A stretch of DNA of 13,480 nt from Candidatus Heimdallarchaeota archaeon (GTDB lineage Archaea > Asgardarchaeota > Wukongarchaeia > Wukongarchaeales > JBHIFL01). The DNA lies in NCBI GenBank assembly GCA_046761065.1, contig JBHIFL010000096.1, positions 1 through 13,480 on the forward strand, read 5' to 3'. Made by a program: the position numbers and the translations under genes. Below, in pieces: positions 1 to 8,796 of this stretch (positions are counted from its first letter, which is position 1; each line of letters opens with the position of its first letter). Below the pieces are notes generated by a model, which saw only the letters and a program-made list of their open reading frames with translations, had not been told where the DNA came from and searched no databases.

Positions 1-478
1 CTTTTTTCTAATAAAATTAACCAAGTTGTGACCATTAGGAAATTATCATTTGTTTAGCCGCATTCCTGAGTTTTTATAGAAGAAGAGAAAATAAAACCTT
101 CACAAAAGTGATATAAATTCTAATAACCCTCTTTTAAGAAAATATATCAAAAGATGTTTTTTTTGTAAAGAATGAGAATTTACAGTCGTTTTCGCCTTTT
201 TGCTATCTTAGAGAAACATATTCTAAGTTATAACAAGTTACCTAAAATATAAACATGTTAAAAATCATGATCCTACCTGGAGATTGAAAAAAATCCCTAA
301 TATTTGTGATTTTAAGCTAACAGAGAAGAAACTATCAGTTTAAACTAATATTGTTTTATATAAACGATTGATCCCAAAAAACAACTTTATCTTTGAGTCA
401 ATGATATCATTCTTGGATTAGTCAACTTTTCTGCTTCAGCAGACAAATATTTCTAGAAAGGAATCACAACTTAGTGCA

Positions 479-816
479 GTGAAACTCATGCATCACAAAA
501 AATGGTTAATAATCTTTGCCGAAGAAATCAAAGGAAATTGCGCCGTGTTCTGTAGTGGGGAAAGAATCACAATAGATGGACCGAAAATTAATCTTAATAA
601 AACTGATAAAATATGTCTTCATGCTCTAGCAATGATACCCAACTTCATCTTACCGCTTCAGTGGGGAATTTCACTCAAGGAAGTAGGTTACATACTAAAC
701 ATGGAAAAAAAGCCTATTTTCAATGTCTAGATCCAAGACCCCCTTATACTGAAGGAGGAACAGTATTGTTTCGAATTGTGATAGAATCACAAGATGAAAT
801 TGCTCATAGTCATTAA
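479..816 (+). pseudogene. TIGR04076-family-like small Cys-containing protein split by a -1 frameshift (pseudogene, sequencing error or programmed frameshift)
   Basis: ORF 479-730 gives the N-terminal motifs (EIKGNC...GERITIDGPKINLNKTDKICLHAL). The overlapping -1 frame ORF 613-816 gives the C-terminal motif (KAYFQCLDPRPPYTEGGTVLFRI). The frame change lies at about 686-712. Confidence 0.75.
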
Positions 817-864
817 ACGGACAGAAAGCCCCCCTTCAACCAACAACAAAGGATTTGTGATCCC

Positions 865-2223
865 ATGTCAGTTCATCCAATAGATTACCGATATTTTAGA
901 CCGGTAATGAGAAAGATCTTCACCGAAGATGCTTTGCTTCAAAAATGGTTAGATGTGGAGAGTGCTCTGGCTTTTGCTCACGCTGAGGTAGGTAACATCC
1001 CAAAAACTGTCAGTGCTGAGATCATGAAAAAAGCCACTACCGAATATGTGAAACTAGCAAATGTCAAAGAACTTGAGGTCGAAACACGCCATGATATAAT
1101 GGCTATGGTCAAGGCGCTTACGAATGTCTGCGCGGATGATGCAGGGGTCTATGTTCATTTTGGTGCCACGAGTAGTGATATTAAGGATACAGCTCGTGCA
1201 TTACAATTCCGAGAAGCATTAGATCTTCTGCAAAGGGATCTTGAGGAGCTAGGCAGAATACTCCTGATTAGAGCCCGAGAACATAAAGAAACCGTTTGTG
1301 TCGGTCGCACCCATGGGCAGCATGCTGTCCCAACAACTTATGGGATGAAGTTCGCAGTTTGGCTGGATGAAATAGGAAGACACCTAGAACGGCTGGAGGA
1401 GTGCCGAAAGAGAGTGTTAGTTGGAAAAATGACGGGCGCGGTTGGAACCATGGCAAGTTTTGGAGATAAAGGTATACAAATCCAAAAAATAACTCTCAAT
1501 CGGTTAGAACTAGGAGTTACGAGCATAACAAATCAAGTGATCCAGAGAGACAGGTATGCAGAGCTTACCGCACTCCAAGCGTTGATTGCAGCGACAGTGG
1601 ATAAAATTGCTAAGGAAATACGAAATTTACAACGAACAGAAATTGCAGAGCTTTTTGAACCGTTTGAAAAAGAGCAAGTCGGTAGTTCGACGATGCCACA
1701 GAAACGTAATCCGATCCAAAGCGAACAACTCTGCAGCATTTCGCGTGTAATCAAATCTAATGTATTTGTCGCATTGGAAAATGTTTCCTTAGAGCATGAA
1801 AGAGATCTGACGAATTCTGCTGCTGAACGGATTGTAATTCCTGAGAACTTTGTTTTATTGGATTATGTCCTTGTCCAATTAAAAGAGGTACTAAAAAACT
1901 TATCTCTAAACTACGAAAAGATCAAGAAAAACTTACAACTCACAAATGGGCAAATCATGGCTGAAAAAGTAATGCTTGAGCTTGTAAAAAAAGGAATGGG
2001 GCGGCAAGAAGCGCATCGAATTGTACAAGAAGTAGCAAAGAAGAGTTTCATAGAAAAAAAGTCCTTTCAGGAGGTGTTACTCCAGTATGAAACGCTTCAG
2101 GAGTGTCTTTTGGCACAAGAAATCGAAAGATGGTTAGATCCCCACAGTTATTTGGGATTTGCTATCGAACTAGTTAATGGGGTTGTTAAAAAATATGCAG
2201 AACGATGGGACATAGCGATCTAG
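865..2223 (+). CDS. purB: Adenylosuccinate lyase
   Basis: 452 aa with the fumarase/ASL superfamily signature GSSTMPQKRNP, plus RHDIMA, VHFGATSSD, GRTHGQHA and EHERDLTNS motifs. Confidence 0.97.
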   Translation: MSVHPIDYRYFRPVMRKIFTEDALLQKWLDVESALAFAHAEVGNIPKTVSAEIMKKATTEYVKLANVKELEVETRHDIMAMVKALTNVCADDAGVYVHFGATSSDIKDTARALQFREALDLLQRDLEELGRILLIRAREHKETVCVGRTHGQHAVPTTYGMKFAVWLDEIGRHLERLEECRKRVLVGKMTGAVGTMASFGDKGIQIQKITLNRLELGVTSITNQVIQRDRYAELTALQALIAATVDKIAKEIRNLQRTEIAELFEPFEKEQVGSSTMPQKRNPIQSEQLCSISRVIKSNVFVALENVSLEHERDLTNSAAERIVIPENFVLLDYVLVQLKEVLKNLSLNYEKIKKNLQLTNGQIMAEKVMLELVKKGMGRQEAHRIVQEVAKKSFIEKKSFQEVLLQYETLQECLLAQEIERWLDPHSYLGFAIELVNGVVKKYAERWDIAI

Positions 2224-2241
2224 ATGTGATAGGCATGTATC

Positions 2242-2247
2242 AGGTGA
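2242..2247 (+). promoter_or_regulatory. Shine-Dalgarno site (AGGTGA) for the EndoQ-like gene
   Basis: AGGTGA ends 6 nt before ATG 2254, inside the 30-nt gap after purB. This suggests co-transcription with purB. Confidence 0.65.
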
Positions 2248-2253
2248 ACTACC

Positions 2254-3618
2254 ATGCAAGTGATCGCTGATTTACATATCCATGGACCAAAGAGCGGAGG
2301 AAGCTCGAGGAACATGAATTTTGAAAATCTAGCGCTCAATGCCGCATTAAAAGGCGTAGATATCGTTACAACCAGTGATTTCACACAACCAGAATGGACA
2401 AAAGAGATTAAGGAAAAGCTCGAATATTCTGAAAGTTCAGGCTTGTTCAAGTTGAAAGATCGCTATATTGCTGATAAAGACAAATCAAAGGTAAAAAGAA
2501 CACGATTTATCCTCGGAACTGAAGTAAATTGTACCTTCGATTCGCCAATTGAAGGTGAAAAACGAAAAAAACAGATCCATCATGTCCTCTTAGCCCGATC
2601 GTTGGAAATTACTAACCAACTAACGGAAGAGTTACAACGGTTTGGGAAGCTTGAGCGACTGGGTAGACCTTCGTTACATGTGTCTGCAGCTGAACTTGTA
2701 GAAATTGTAAAAGAAATTGACCAAGCCAATTTGATCTTTGCGGCCCACATATGGACGCCACACTTCTCCCTGTTTGGCGCCAACTCTGGATTTAATAACC
2801 CTAAAGATTGCTACGGCAATCAATTGAATAAAATAGATGCCCTTGAAACAGGCCTTTCTTCGGATCCTTTAATGAATTGGAGAGTCTCCTCACTCGATAA
2901 GTTTGTTCTAGTCAGCAACAGTGATGCGCACAGTCCATCTCCTTGGCGGCTTGGAAGAGAAGCAAATCAATTCGAACTTCCGCGGATCACTTATGAGGAA
3001 TTGGTTGAGGCTATCCAGCATCCTTCCAACGGAAAATTTAAGCAAACTATCGAGTTTCCTCCACCCCTCGGCAAGTATCATTGGACTGGCCACCGGAAAT
3101 GTGCAGTTTGCCTTGCTCCTACCGAAGCTTTACAACTCGCGAATCACTGCCCAGTATGTGGTAAAAAACTTACAATCGGTGTTGATCAACGTGTTGAAGA
3201 ATTAGCAGATCGACAAAGTCCAATTCGGCCATCTGGATCCCCAGGATTTATATTCCTTGTACCACTTCATAATTTATTGGCTTTAGCACTTAATATTACC
3301 ACGTTAAACAGCAAAAAAGTAAATCAGATGTTTGTCAAAATGATCAAAAGATTTGGATCAGAATATGCAGTCACATTACAAGCCAGCTATACAGAATTAC
3401 AAGAAATAACAAATGAGCAAATCGCCAAAGCGATCTACGCAATGCGCTTTGGAAAATATCAGATCTTTCCAGGTTCGGATAATCAGTATGGCCAGTTAAA
3501 CTTATATTTAAATGACGTTACTGGAATGGAAACAGAAAAAGAAAGGAAATTGCCTACTATCGGAAATGGAACTCGAGGTAAACAAGGTGACTTGGCCAAA
3601 TATTTTCGAATATCTTAA
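2254..3618 (+). CDS. endoQ: Endonuclease Q family (TIGR00375-like) PHP-domain DNA repair nuclease with Zn finger and C-terminal PIP box
   Basis: Motifs DLHIH, IHHV, AHIWTPHFS, ETGLSSDP, SNSDAHS, LGRE and GKYHWTGHRKC...CPVCGKKLTIGVDQRVEELADR. The C-terminal QGDLAKYF matches the QxxLxx[FY]F PCNA-binding motif. Confidence 0.88.
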   Translation: MQVIADLHIHGPKSGGSSRNMNFENLALNAALKGVDIVTTSDFTQPEWTKEIKEKLEYSESSGLFKLKDRYIADKDKSKVKRTRFILGTEVNCTFDSPIEGEKRKKQIHHVLLARSLEITNQLTEELQRFGKLERLGRPSLHVSAAELVEIVKEIDQANLIFAAHIWTPHFSLFGANSGFNNPKDCYGNQLNKIDALETGLSSDPLMNWRVSSLDKFVLVSNSDAHSPSPWRLGREANQFELPRITYEELVEAIQHPSNGKFKQTIEFPPPLGKYHWTGHRKCAVCLAPTEALQLANHCPVCGKKLTIGVDQRVEELADRQSPIRPSGSPGFIFLVPLHNLLALALNITTLNSKKVNQMFVKMIKRFGSEYAVTLQASYTELQEITNEQIAKAIYAMRFGKYQIFPGSDNQYGQLNLYLNDVTGMETEKERKLPTIGNGTRGKQGDLAKYFRIS

Positions 3619-3716
3619 TGAACGTATCAAAGGAGTTACATGTGAGTTTGTACAATAGACAAATTTAGAGATTGTGATTTTTGCTGTATATTTTTTATTC
3701 CTTAATTGAAATAATC

Positions 3717-3921
3717 TTACCTTTTTCTCAAGCCAAAAATAATGATGATTATTCCAATTAAAGCTAAAATACCTCCTTCGATTTCAACAACAGTCCACGT
3801 GTTCAAACGTCCTTCGGTTATGAACCGAATTATGCAATTTCTTGGTTAGGCATATAAAAAAATCAAACCTCCAACTATTATGAAGAAAAATTCCTAAAAA
3901 ATAAGTTCGCTTCTTCAACAC
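3717..3921 (-). pseudogene. Probable decayed small two-TM membrane protein gene
   Basis: The minus strand reads VLKKRTYFLGIF, then a +1 shift in the T-run near 3886-3890, then FIIVGGLIFLYA*PRNCIIRFITEGRLNTWTVVEIEGGILALIGIIIIIFGLRKR*. There is an internal TAA at 3846-3848 and an upstream GGTGA. Confidence 0.45.
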
Positions 3922-4228
3922 ATCTATAACTACTCACCCTACACTTTTTGTTTTTTTTCAAAAAATTGATAGATTTTATTATATAATTTTAAAAAATAGT
4001 AGTGTAGATTGGAAAAAATGTATGATCTAAATTGTCATACTTGGAATTGTGGACTTGATTTGTACTTAATACGATCACTGGAATGGAAGTGGAAAAAGAT
4101 AGACAATTGTCTGCCATCGAATATTTGTCTTGGTATAACTAAATGCCCATCGTTTTTAAAATGGCTTGAGTATCGAAGTTAGATCATTCGAGTCTTTGTA
4201 ATCTAGTCGATTTGTATTAAGTTATTGT

Positions 4229-4837
4229 TCATTCTTCGACTATTGCATATTGTGTACGGAAGAAAAAGCCCATAAATACTACGACAATTGCAGTGATCAC
4301 AATAAGACCAATTGCAGCCCAATTAAAGCCTAATTCGGTATAGACCATACCGAAACCCATGTTAATGAGTCCAATGATGCCTCCGATAATTAAAGAGAAA
4401 AGCATATAGCGGGAGATACTTTGTTTCCCACGTTCCAGCTCTTCTTCAGCCAAGGAACCCACGCCCAAGCGGGGACCAAGAACTGTAAGGAGTATAAGGA
4501 ACCCGTAGGCAACAATAATCATTGAAGCGAGGTCAAAGAGGAGGCGCTCATGAGCCGGAAAGAAGACACCACCTGACAATACAGCACAGACAGCATAGAG
4601 AAAGGCAAAGATATTGGAAAAGAGCATATCGTCGGGATGAGTGTAACCGCCGATCTCTGTAAAGGTGGTGAAAAACGCACTGATGAACACAATTGCAAAT
4701 ATACCGATAGCTCCAATATAGACTGGGATTAAATCTGAAGGTTCGACTTCAGTAAGAAGGAATGGAATGAACACAGCAATGCCTAGAACTGCTAATCCTA
4801 TACCAGTGAACAATAGTCCAATAACCAAGAATCGCAT
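4229..4837 (-). CDS. Hypothetical multi-pass (about 6 TM) membrane protein
   Basis: 202-aa ORF with several long hydrophobic segments and an AGGAGAG SD upstream. No family recognised. Confidence 0.8.
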   Translation of the reverse strand: MRFLVIGLLFTGIGLAVLGIAVFIPFLLTEVEPSDLIPVYIGAIGIFAIVFISAFFTTFTEIGGYTHPDDMLFSNIFAFLYAVCAVLSGGVFFPAHERLLFDLASMIIVAYGFLILLTVLGPRLGVGSLAEEELERGKQSISRYMLFSLIIGGIIGLINMGFGMVYTELGFNWAAIGLIVITAIVVVFMGFFFRTQYAIVEE

Positions 4838-4860
4838 TTTTATATTCTCTCCTTATATAG

Positions 4861-4880
4861 ACAAGCACATAAGTGCTTGT
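4861..4880. promoter_or_regulatory. Perfect 8-4-8 inverted repeat (ACAAGCAC-ATAA-GTGCTTGT), candidate operator or 5'-UTR hairpin
   Basis: Lies between a minus-strand TTTAAGTA TATA-like box (4897-4904) and the start codon at 4837. Confidence 0.5.
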
Positions 4881-5027
4881 TGGGAAATGTTTCTAATACT
4901 TAAAGGTACGTTTGCTGTTATCCCATAGAATATATAAAAGACTTTTTCTTCTAATTGTCAATTGAATTGACACAAAGAATTTTAAAAATTGTCCATATTC
5001 ATTACCCAATCAAGCTTTTTAATGAGA

Positions 5028-6203
5028 TCAAAGAATTTTCTGGAGAGAAGTTGGTTCATGCTCGTCGTAATTCCCATTATTTTTCAGTAGGGATTTTTTT
5101 ATCATATCCTTCAAAATGGCAGTGCCCTCCAATGTGACATTAGACACAAAAATATGTTTCTCCTCTTTAAATAACTCCTCCAGAGTGTACTCCTTTTCGA
5201 TATCATCCTTGATCAAGTCAACCTTGCAAAGTACATGAATTATTGCGTTAGGGGCGCTTAACTCTGCCAGGATGCTTCGACAGGTGTTTAACTTAGATAC
5301 AATTTGTTCAAGCCCATCAGAAACATCAAGAATTAACAGGATCAAATCAGAGGAGGAGACCTCTTCTAGGGTCGACCGGAAGGCCTCCATAAACTCTAGG
5401 GGGAGATTTTCTATGAAACCGACTGTATCATTGACCAAAATTTGTTCATCGACACGGCGAATTTTTGTTGCAAGAGTCGAGAATGGCTCAGCTGAGACTC
5501 TTGCATTGCTTCCTGTTAGAGTTCGGTGGAGACTTGATTTTCCAGCGTTGTAATAACCAACAAGAGAGATGATTTTGAATCCCTGCCTTTCCCTCCGTTT
5601 CCTCCTAGTTTGTCTTTCTTGTCGGATTTTTTCCAATTTTTCTTTCACTTTCACAATTCTTCGTTTGATCATCCTTTCATAATCGGCGACCTTCGGGGTT
5701 CCACTACCAAGAAAACCAGGATGTTCGGTCCCTGATAACTTACGCTTTACAAATTCCGCGTATCGGGGCATTTCATAGCGTAAACGGGCTAGTTCTATTT
5801 GTAGCCGGGAAACTCGATCATGTGAGTGGCACTCAAAAATCTTCAAGATGAGATGATATCTGTCTACCACTGGTCGACTAAGCATTTGCTCGAGATGAAA
5901 AAAGCTTGAGGGGTTTAAGTGATCATCGAAGATTACCACATCGATGTTTTTCTCATCTATAAGCTCTTTTAATTCTTGGACTTTCCCTTTACCTATGACA
6001 TAAGGAGACCTAGGCCAAGTTTTTTGAATTATTGTTTCGACTACTCTATATCCCGCGGCTTTTGTTAATGCTAGCATTTCCGATGGATTATAATTAAACC
6101 GTGAAGTCGGGTTAAGGCGTTTAATCAGGAGAGCTCTAGTTTCACTTGGTATTGTACATAATTGTTTAATGACTGGTTTTTTACTGCTTACACCAAGCTT
6201 CAC
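5028..6203 (-). CDS. hflX: Ribosome-associated GTPase HflX
   Basis: N-terminal IGKGKVQEL, DRYHLILKIF and LQIELARLRYEMPR motifs. G1 GYYNAGKSS, G2 FSTL, G3 DTVGFI, then AFRSTLEE. GTG start with GGAGG SD. Confidence 0.93.
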   Translation of the reverse strand: MKLGVSSKKPVIKQLCTIPSETRALLIKRLNPTSRFNYNPSEMLALTKAAGYRVVETIIQKTWPRSPYVIGKGKVQELKELIDEKNIDVVIFDDHLNPSSFFHLEQMLSRPVVDRYHLILKIFECHSHDRVSRLQIELARLRYEMPRYAEFVKRKLSGTEHPGFLGSGTPKVADYERMIKRRIVKVKEKLEKIRQERQTRRKRRERQGFKIISLVGYYNAGKSSLHRTLTGSNARVSAEPFSTLATKIRRVDEQILVNDTVGFIENLPLEFMEAFRSTLEEVSSSDLILLILDVSDGLEQIVSKLNTCRSILAELSAPNAIIHVLCKVDLIKDDIEKEYTLEELFKEEKHIFVSNVTLEGTAILKDMIKKSLLKNNGNYDEHEPTSLQKIL

Positions 6204-6252
6204 AGTAGAGCCTCCATCAGAATGGAGAAAATTATTGTTAATATCTTTACAT

Positions 6253-7125
6253 TTATTGAAAGATAATAGAGCTATATGCTACAACGTGCCCGAAATCTCC
6301 CGTGACATCCCCTGAAGTCGCGTATTTTAGCAATTTCCCAGATTTAGCTCCCTTTTCTTTAGCAAATACTATACTTGCCACAATTGGAGCATAACCACAG
6401 ATCGAAGCGTTTCGATTATAAACGGTTTGGACGAACCCTTCATCATCTAGGGCTAGTATCTTTTCAATAGCCTCGTGATCTTTGCTTTGGGCACTTCTAG
6501 CGGATTCAAAATGAGTAAAGTCCGAGGAGGCAATGACCATTCCATCAATTCCAATTTTGTCTAAAGCTCCAGCAACCGCCCTACCAACTTCGGTACTTCG
6601 TTTCCAAGTTTCTTCAACTTGATGCTTGGTTAGTGAGCCAGCTTTCATGGAGATCGGTACAATTTTAGCGTGGGGGAAGAGAAATTGGAGAAAGGGTAGC
6701 TGGACTTCTATGGAATGTTCATGCTGATGCGCGTGTTCATCTGCTTCTGCATAGCGACTTTGATTAATAATGGCATCTGCAACCCTTTCATCAATCATAA
6801 CCTCTCCAAGTGGTGTTTTCCAGCTTCCACGACTCCAAACAGCAATTGTTTCTCCAGTCAGATGATGGTTTGGTCCTAGAACCACAAAGACTTCTGGTTC
6901 ACCGTCTTTGAAAATTTCTGAAAAGGTAAATGCGGCCACAGGTCCACTGTATATATACCCAGCGTGAGGACTGACAACAGCTTTTAATAATCTCTTTGTT
7001 CCTTTTTGATCTGGAAGTTTCCCAGGCCCCAATTTATGCAAAAAACTATGTTCTATCTCTCGTTTAAGGTGTTCTTCATCGCCTTCATAAAATTGGCCTG
7101 CAACTACAGGAAGTCGTATAGTCAT
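6253..7125 (-). CDS. amrB: MEMO1 family / AmmeMemoRadiSam system protein B
   Basis: Motifs RLPVVAGQFY, PHAGYIYSG, LGPNH, WKTPLG, EHSIEVQLPFLQ, ASSDFTH, SICG and YATSGD. Start moved to ATG 7125, which has an AGGTGA SD; the ORF-track start at 7185 looks too long. Confidence 0.92.
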   Translation of the reverse strand: MTIRLPVVAGQFYEGDEEHLKREIEHSFLHKLGPGKLPDQKGTKRLLKAVVSPHAGYIYSGPVAAFTFSEIFKDGEPEVFVVLGPNHHLTGETIAVWSRGSWKTPLGEVMIDERVADAIINQSRYAEADEHAHQHEHSIEVQLPFLQFLFPHAKIVPISMKAGSLTKHQVEETWKRSTEVGRAVAGALDKIGIDGMVIASSDFTHFESARSAQSKDHEAIEKILALDDEGFVQTVYNRNASICGYAPIVASIVFAKEKGAKSGKLLKYATSGDVTGDFGHVVAYSSIIFQ

Positions 7126-7427
7126 TATTTTCACCTTGATGATGAAAAAATTTATGATATTTAGTAGAAGGAATTGTACCACCAAATATTTAAAGATTTA
7201 AGGGTTGTGAAAATTCAGCAATCTGAGATCATCTCTCCTTAAAAATGTCTTGGAATCATTTTAGGTGTAATTTCACTCCCTTTATTCCCCCTGTGCCTTT
7301 AACCGCGTTTGGGAACATTTTAGGAGTTTTATTTAATTTTTAACCCTTTAGAAAATCTGGAAAAAATATTAAAACCACAAGTGCTTGGTTCGTGATTCTT
7401 ACAATTTGTCAATAAATAGATGATGTA

Positions 7428-7763
7428 TTATGGGGGTAATAATTCTTCGAACTTTGCGCCCCAGATTTGTAAAAATTCGAAGATCTCTGCATGTGTTTGT
7501 TGCAGTTCTTTGTCTTTGGTTAGTAGTAAGGGATCGGTGTGGACTTGTACAATGAGATTTCCTTCTGGTGGCCATTGAATAATTATTTTTACTGCTTTAT
7601 CTGTCCTCCGTACATATTCTACTGTAAAAATTGGCACTTCAACAGTGTCAGTGTATCTTATCTCATGCCGTTGAAGTAACTGCTTGAATTCTTCCTTTAT
7701 CTCAGCCCAGATGGTTCGTTCTTTAAAGGTTGCTTTATATGAGGGCATACGTGAGGAATTCAT
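7428..7763 (-). CDS. Hypothetical protein (111 aa)
   Basis: Compact ORF co-oriented with its neighbours, protein-like composition, AAGGTG upstream. No family recognised. Confidence 0.7.
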   Translation of the reverse strand: MNSSRMPSYKATFKERTIWAEIKEEFKQLLQRHEIRYTDTVEVPIFTVEYVRRTDKAVKIIIQWPPEGNLIVQVHTDPLLLTKDKELQQTHAEIFEFLQIWGAKFEELLPP

Positions 7764-7860
7764 TCAAAATACACCTTGAACCCTATTTATTAGTCAAATG
7801 GTTTGAGCCAACTTTATCTTATATTTTATCTGTTTAAAGAGCCCCATGCTTCTCTTCGAA

Positions 7861-8796
7861 TTAGGTGTGATCTTGTGGAACAGACTCAGTTCCCTGGGTT
7901 TGCATTTTAGTCCCCACACTGAGTTGTGCAAGTTTTGAATCAAGTTCCCCAATTTCTGCCTTCAAATCTTCAATCAATCTTGCTGTTGTAACGCATCCTT
8001 TTTGGGATTCGATGCGGAATGACACCCAAATCGGATAACTCTTGACTCCTGACATTCGTCTAACCCGCAATTGTTTGACCAAAATGCCCGATTCCATCAA
8101 TGATTTCTCAAAACGTAAATCAATTAGACCGTCTGAGAGATAATCAAATCCAGAGGGAAACTCATTGGAGATCCCAAAATGGGCAACCCCCCAGACTGGA
8201 ACGAACCGAATTGAGCAAGCTATAGCTCTGATATTTTTGAGATTGTTAAACAATCGTGCCCCCACACGCGAATAGAGTTCAGTTAATGAATCAAAAATGA
8301 TAATCCCTTGGTTGATCATATTTAGTTTGTTCAACCAACGATATACATAATCTAATAAGAGTTCTATATTGCTTGGATCTCTTATTTGAGTTGTGATAGT
8401 ATCCAACCTTTTATGGATTTTAGCATTGATGTCTGATAATTGGATATATTGACTTTGATCCTTATCAAAAGCTGTTTCCTCGACCAGAGCAGTGAATGCA
8501 TCAATGATTCGGATAGATTTTGTTTCAATAAAGGGTTCAATATCCCATCCCATTCCTAAAAAACGATGGTACAAGGATAAGGGAGAGTTTTCGTCTATTA
8601 CATAGATTACAGGTTCTTCTTTTTCTTTGAGTGTTCTATAAGCCAGTTCAGTGACGATCGCACTTTTTCCAGTTCCAGCCTCACCCCCCAGCATCACAAA
8701 ACTATTTCGGGGAATTCCATGAGGCAATAACACATCTAAGATCGATACACCACTCTTGGTAATACTCTGCTCCCAATACCTTTTGGGCTTACTCAA
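7861..8796 (-). CDS. KaiC/RAD55-like RecA-superfamily ATPase (single domain) with C-terminal coiled-coil-like tail
   Basis: SGVSILDVLLPHGIP, Walker A GEAGTGKS, Walker B IIIFDSL, FDYLSDGLIDL and LRVRRMSG. TTG start with GGAG SD. Confidence 0.85.
   Translation of the reverse strand: MSKPKRYWEQSITKSGVSILDVLLPHGIPRNSFVMLGGEAGTGKSAIVTELAYRTLKEKEEPVIYVIDENSPLSLYHRFLGMGWDIEPFIETKSIRIIDAFTALVEETAFDKDQSQYIQLSDINAKIHKRLDTITTQIRDPSNIELLLDYVYRWLNKLNMINQGIIIFDSLTELYSRVGARLFNNLKNIRAIACSIRFVPVWGVAHFGISNEFPSGFDYLSDGLIDLRFEKSLMESGILVKQLRVRRMSGVKSYPIWVSFRIESQKGCVTTARLIEDLKAEIGELDSKLAQLSVGTKMQTQGTESVPQDHT

Noticed and set aside
680-730. Intron explanation for the TIGR04076-like frameshift
   Set aside because: There is no surplus sequence relative to the expected protein length and no BHB fold. 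The lesion looks like a missing base.
1268-3205. Short antisense or alternate-frame ORFs inside purB and endoQ
   Set aside because: These are shadow ORFs fully overlapping well-supported genes, with no motifs.
3838-3886. A second BHB intron (about 43 nt, minus strand) that would repair the small membrane pseudogene
   Set aside because: The length would fix the frame, but UUUCUU/AAGAAA forms a continuous helix with no proper second bulge or outer helix. The inner stem is poor and the removed segment itself looks like a TM helix.
4018-4182. 54-aa Cys/Trp-rich plus-strand ORF and a 12-bp palindrome AGACAATTGTCT (4101-4112)
   Set aside because: No SD or recognisable motif, and the composition looks like an off-frame reading. 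The lone palindrome has no supporting context.
4519-5553. ORFs 4519-4716, 4955-5137 and 5272-5553
   Set aside because: They overlap the membrane gene or hflX and show no coding signal of their own.
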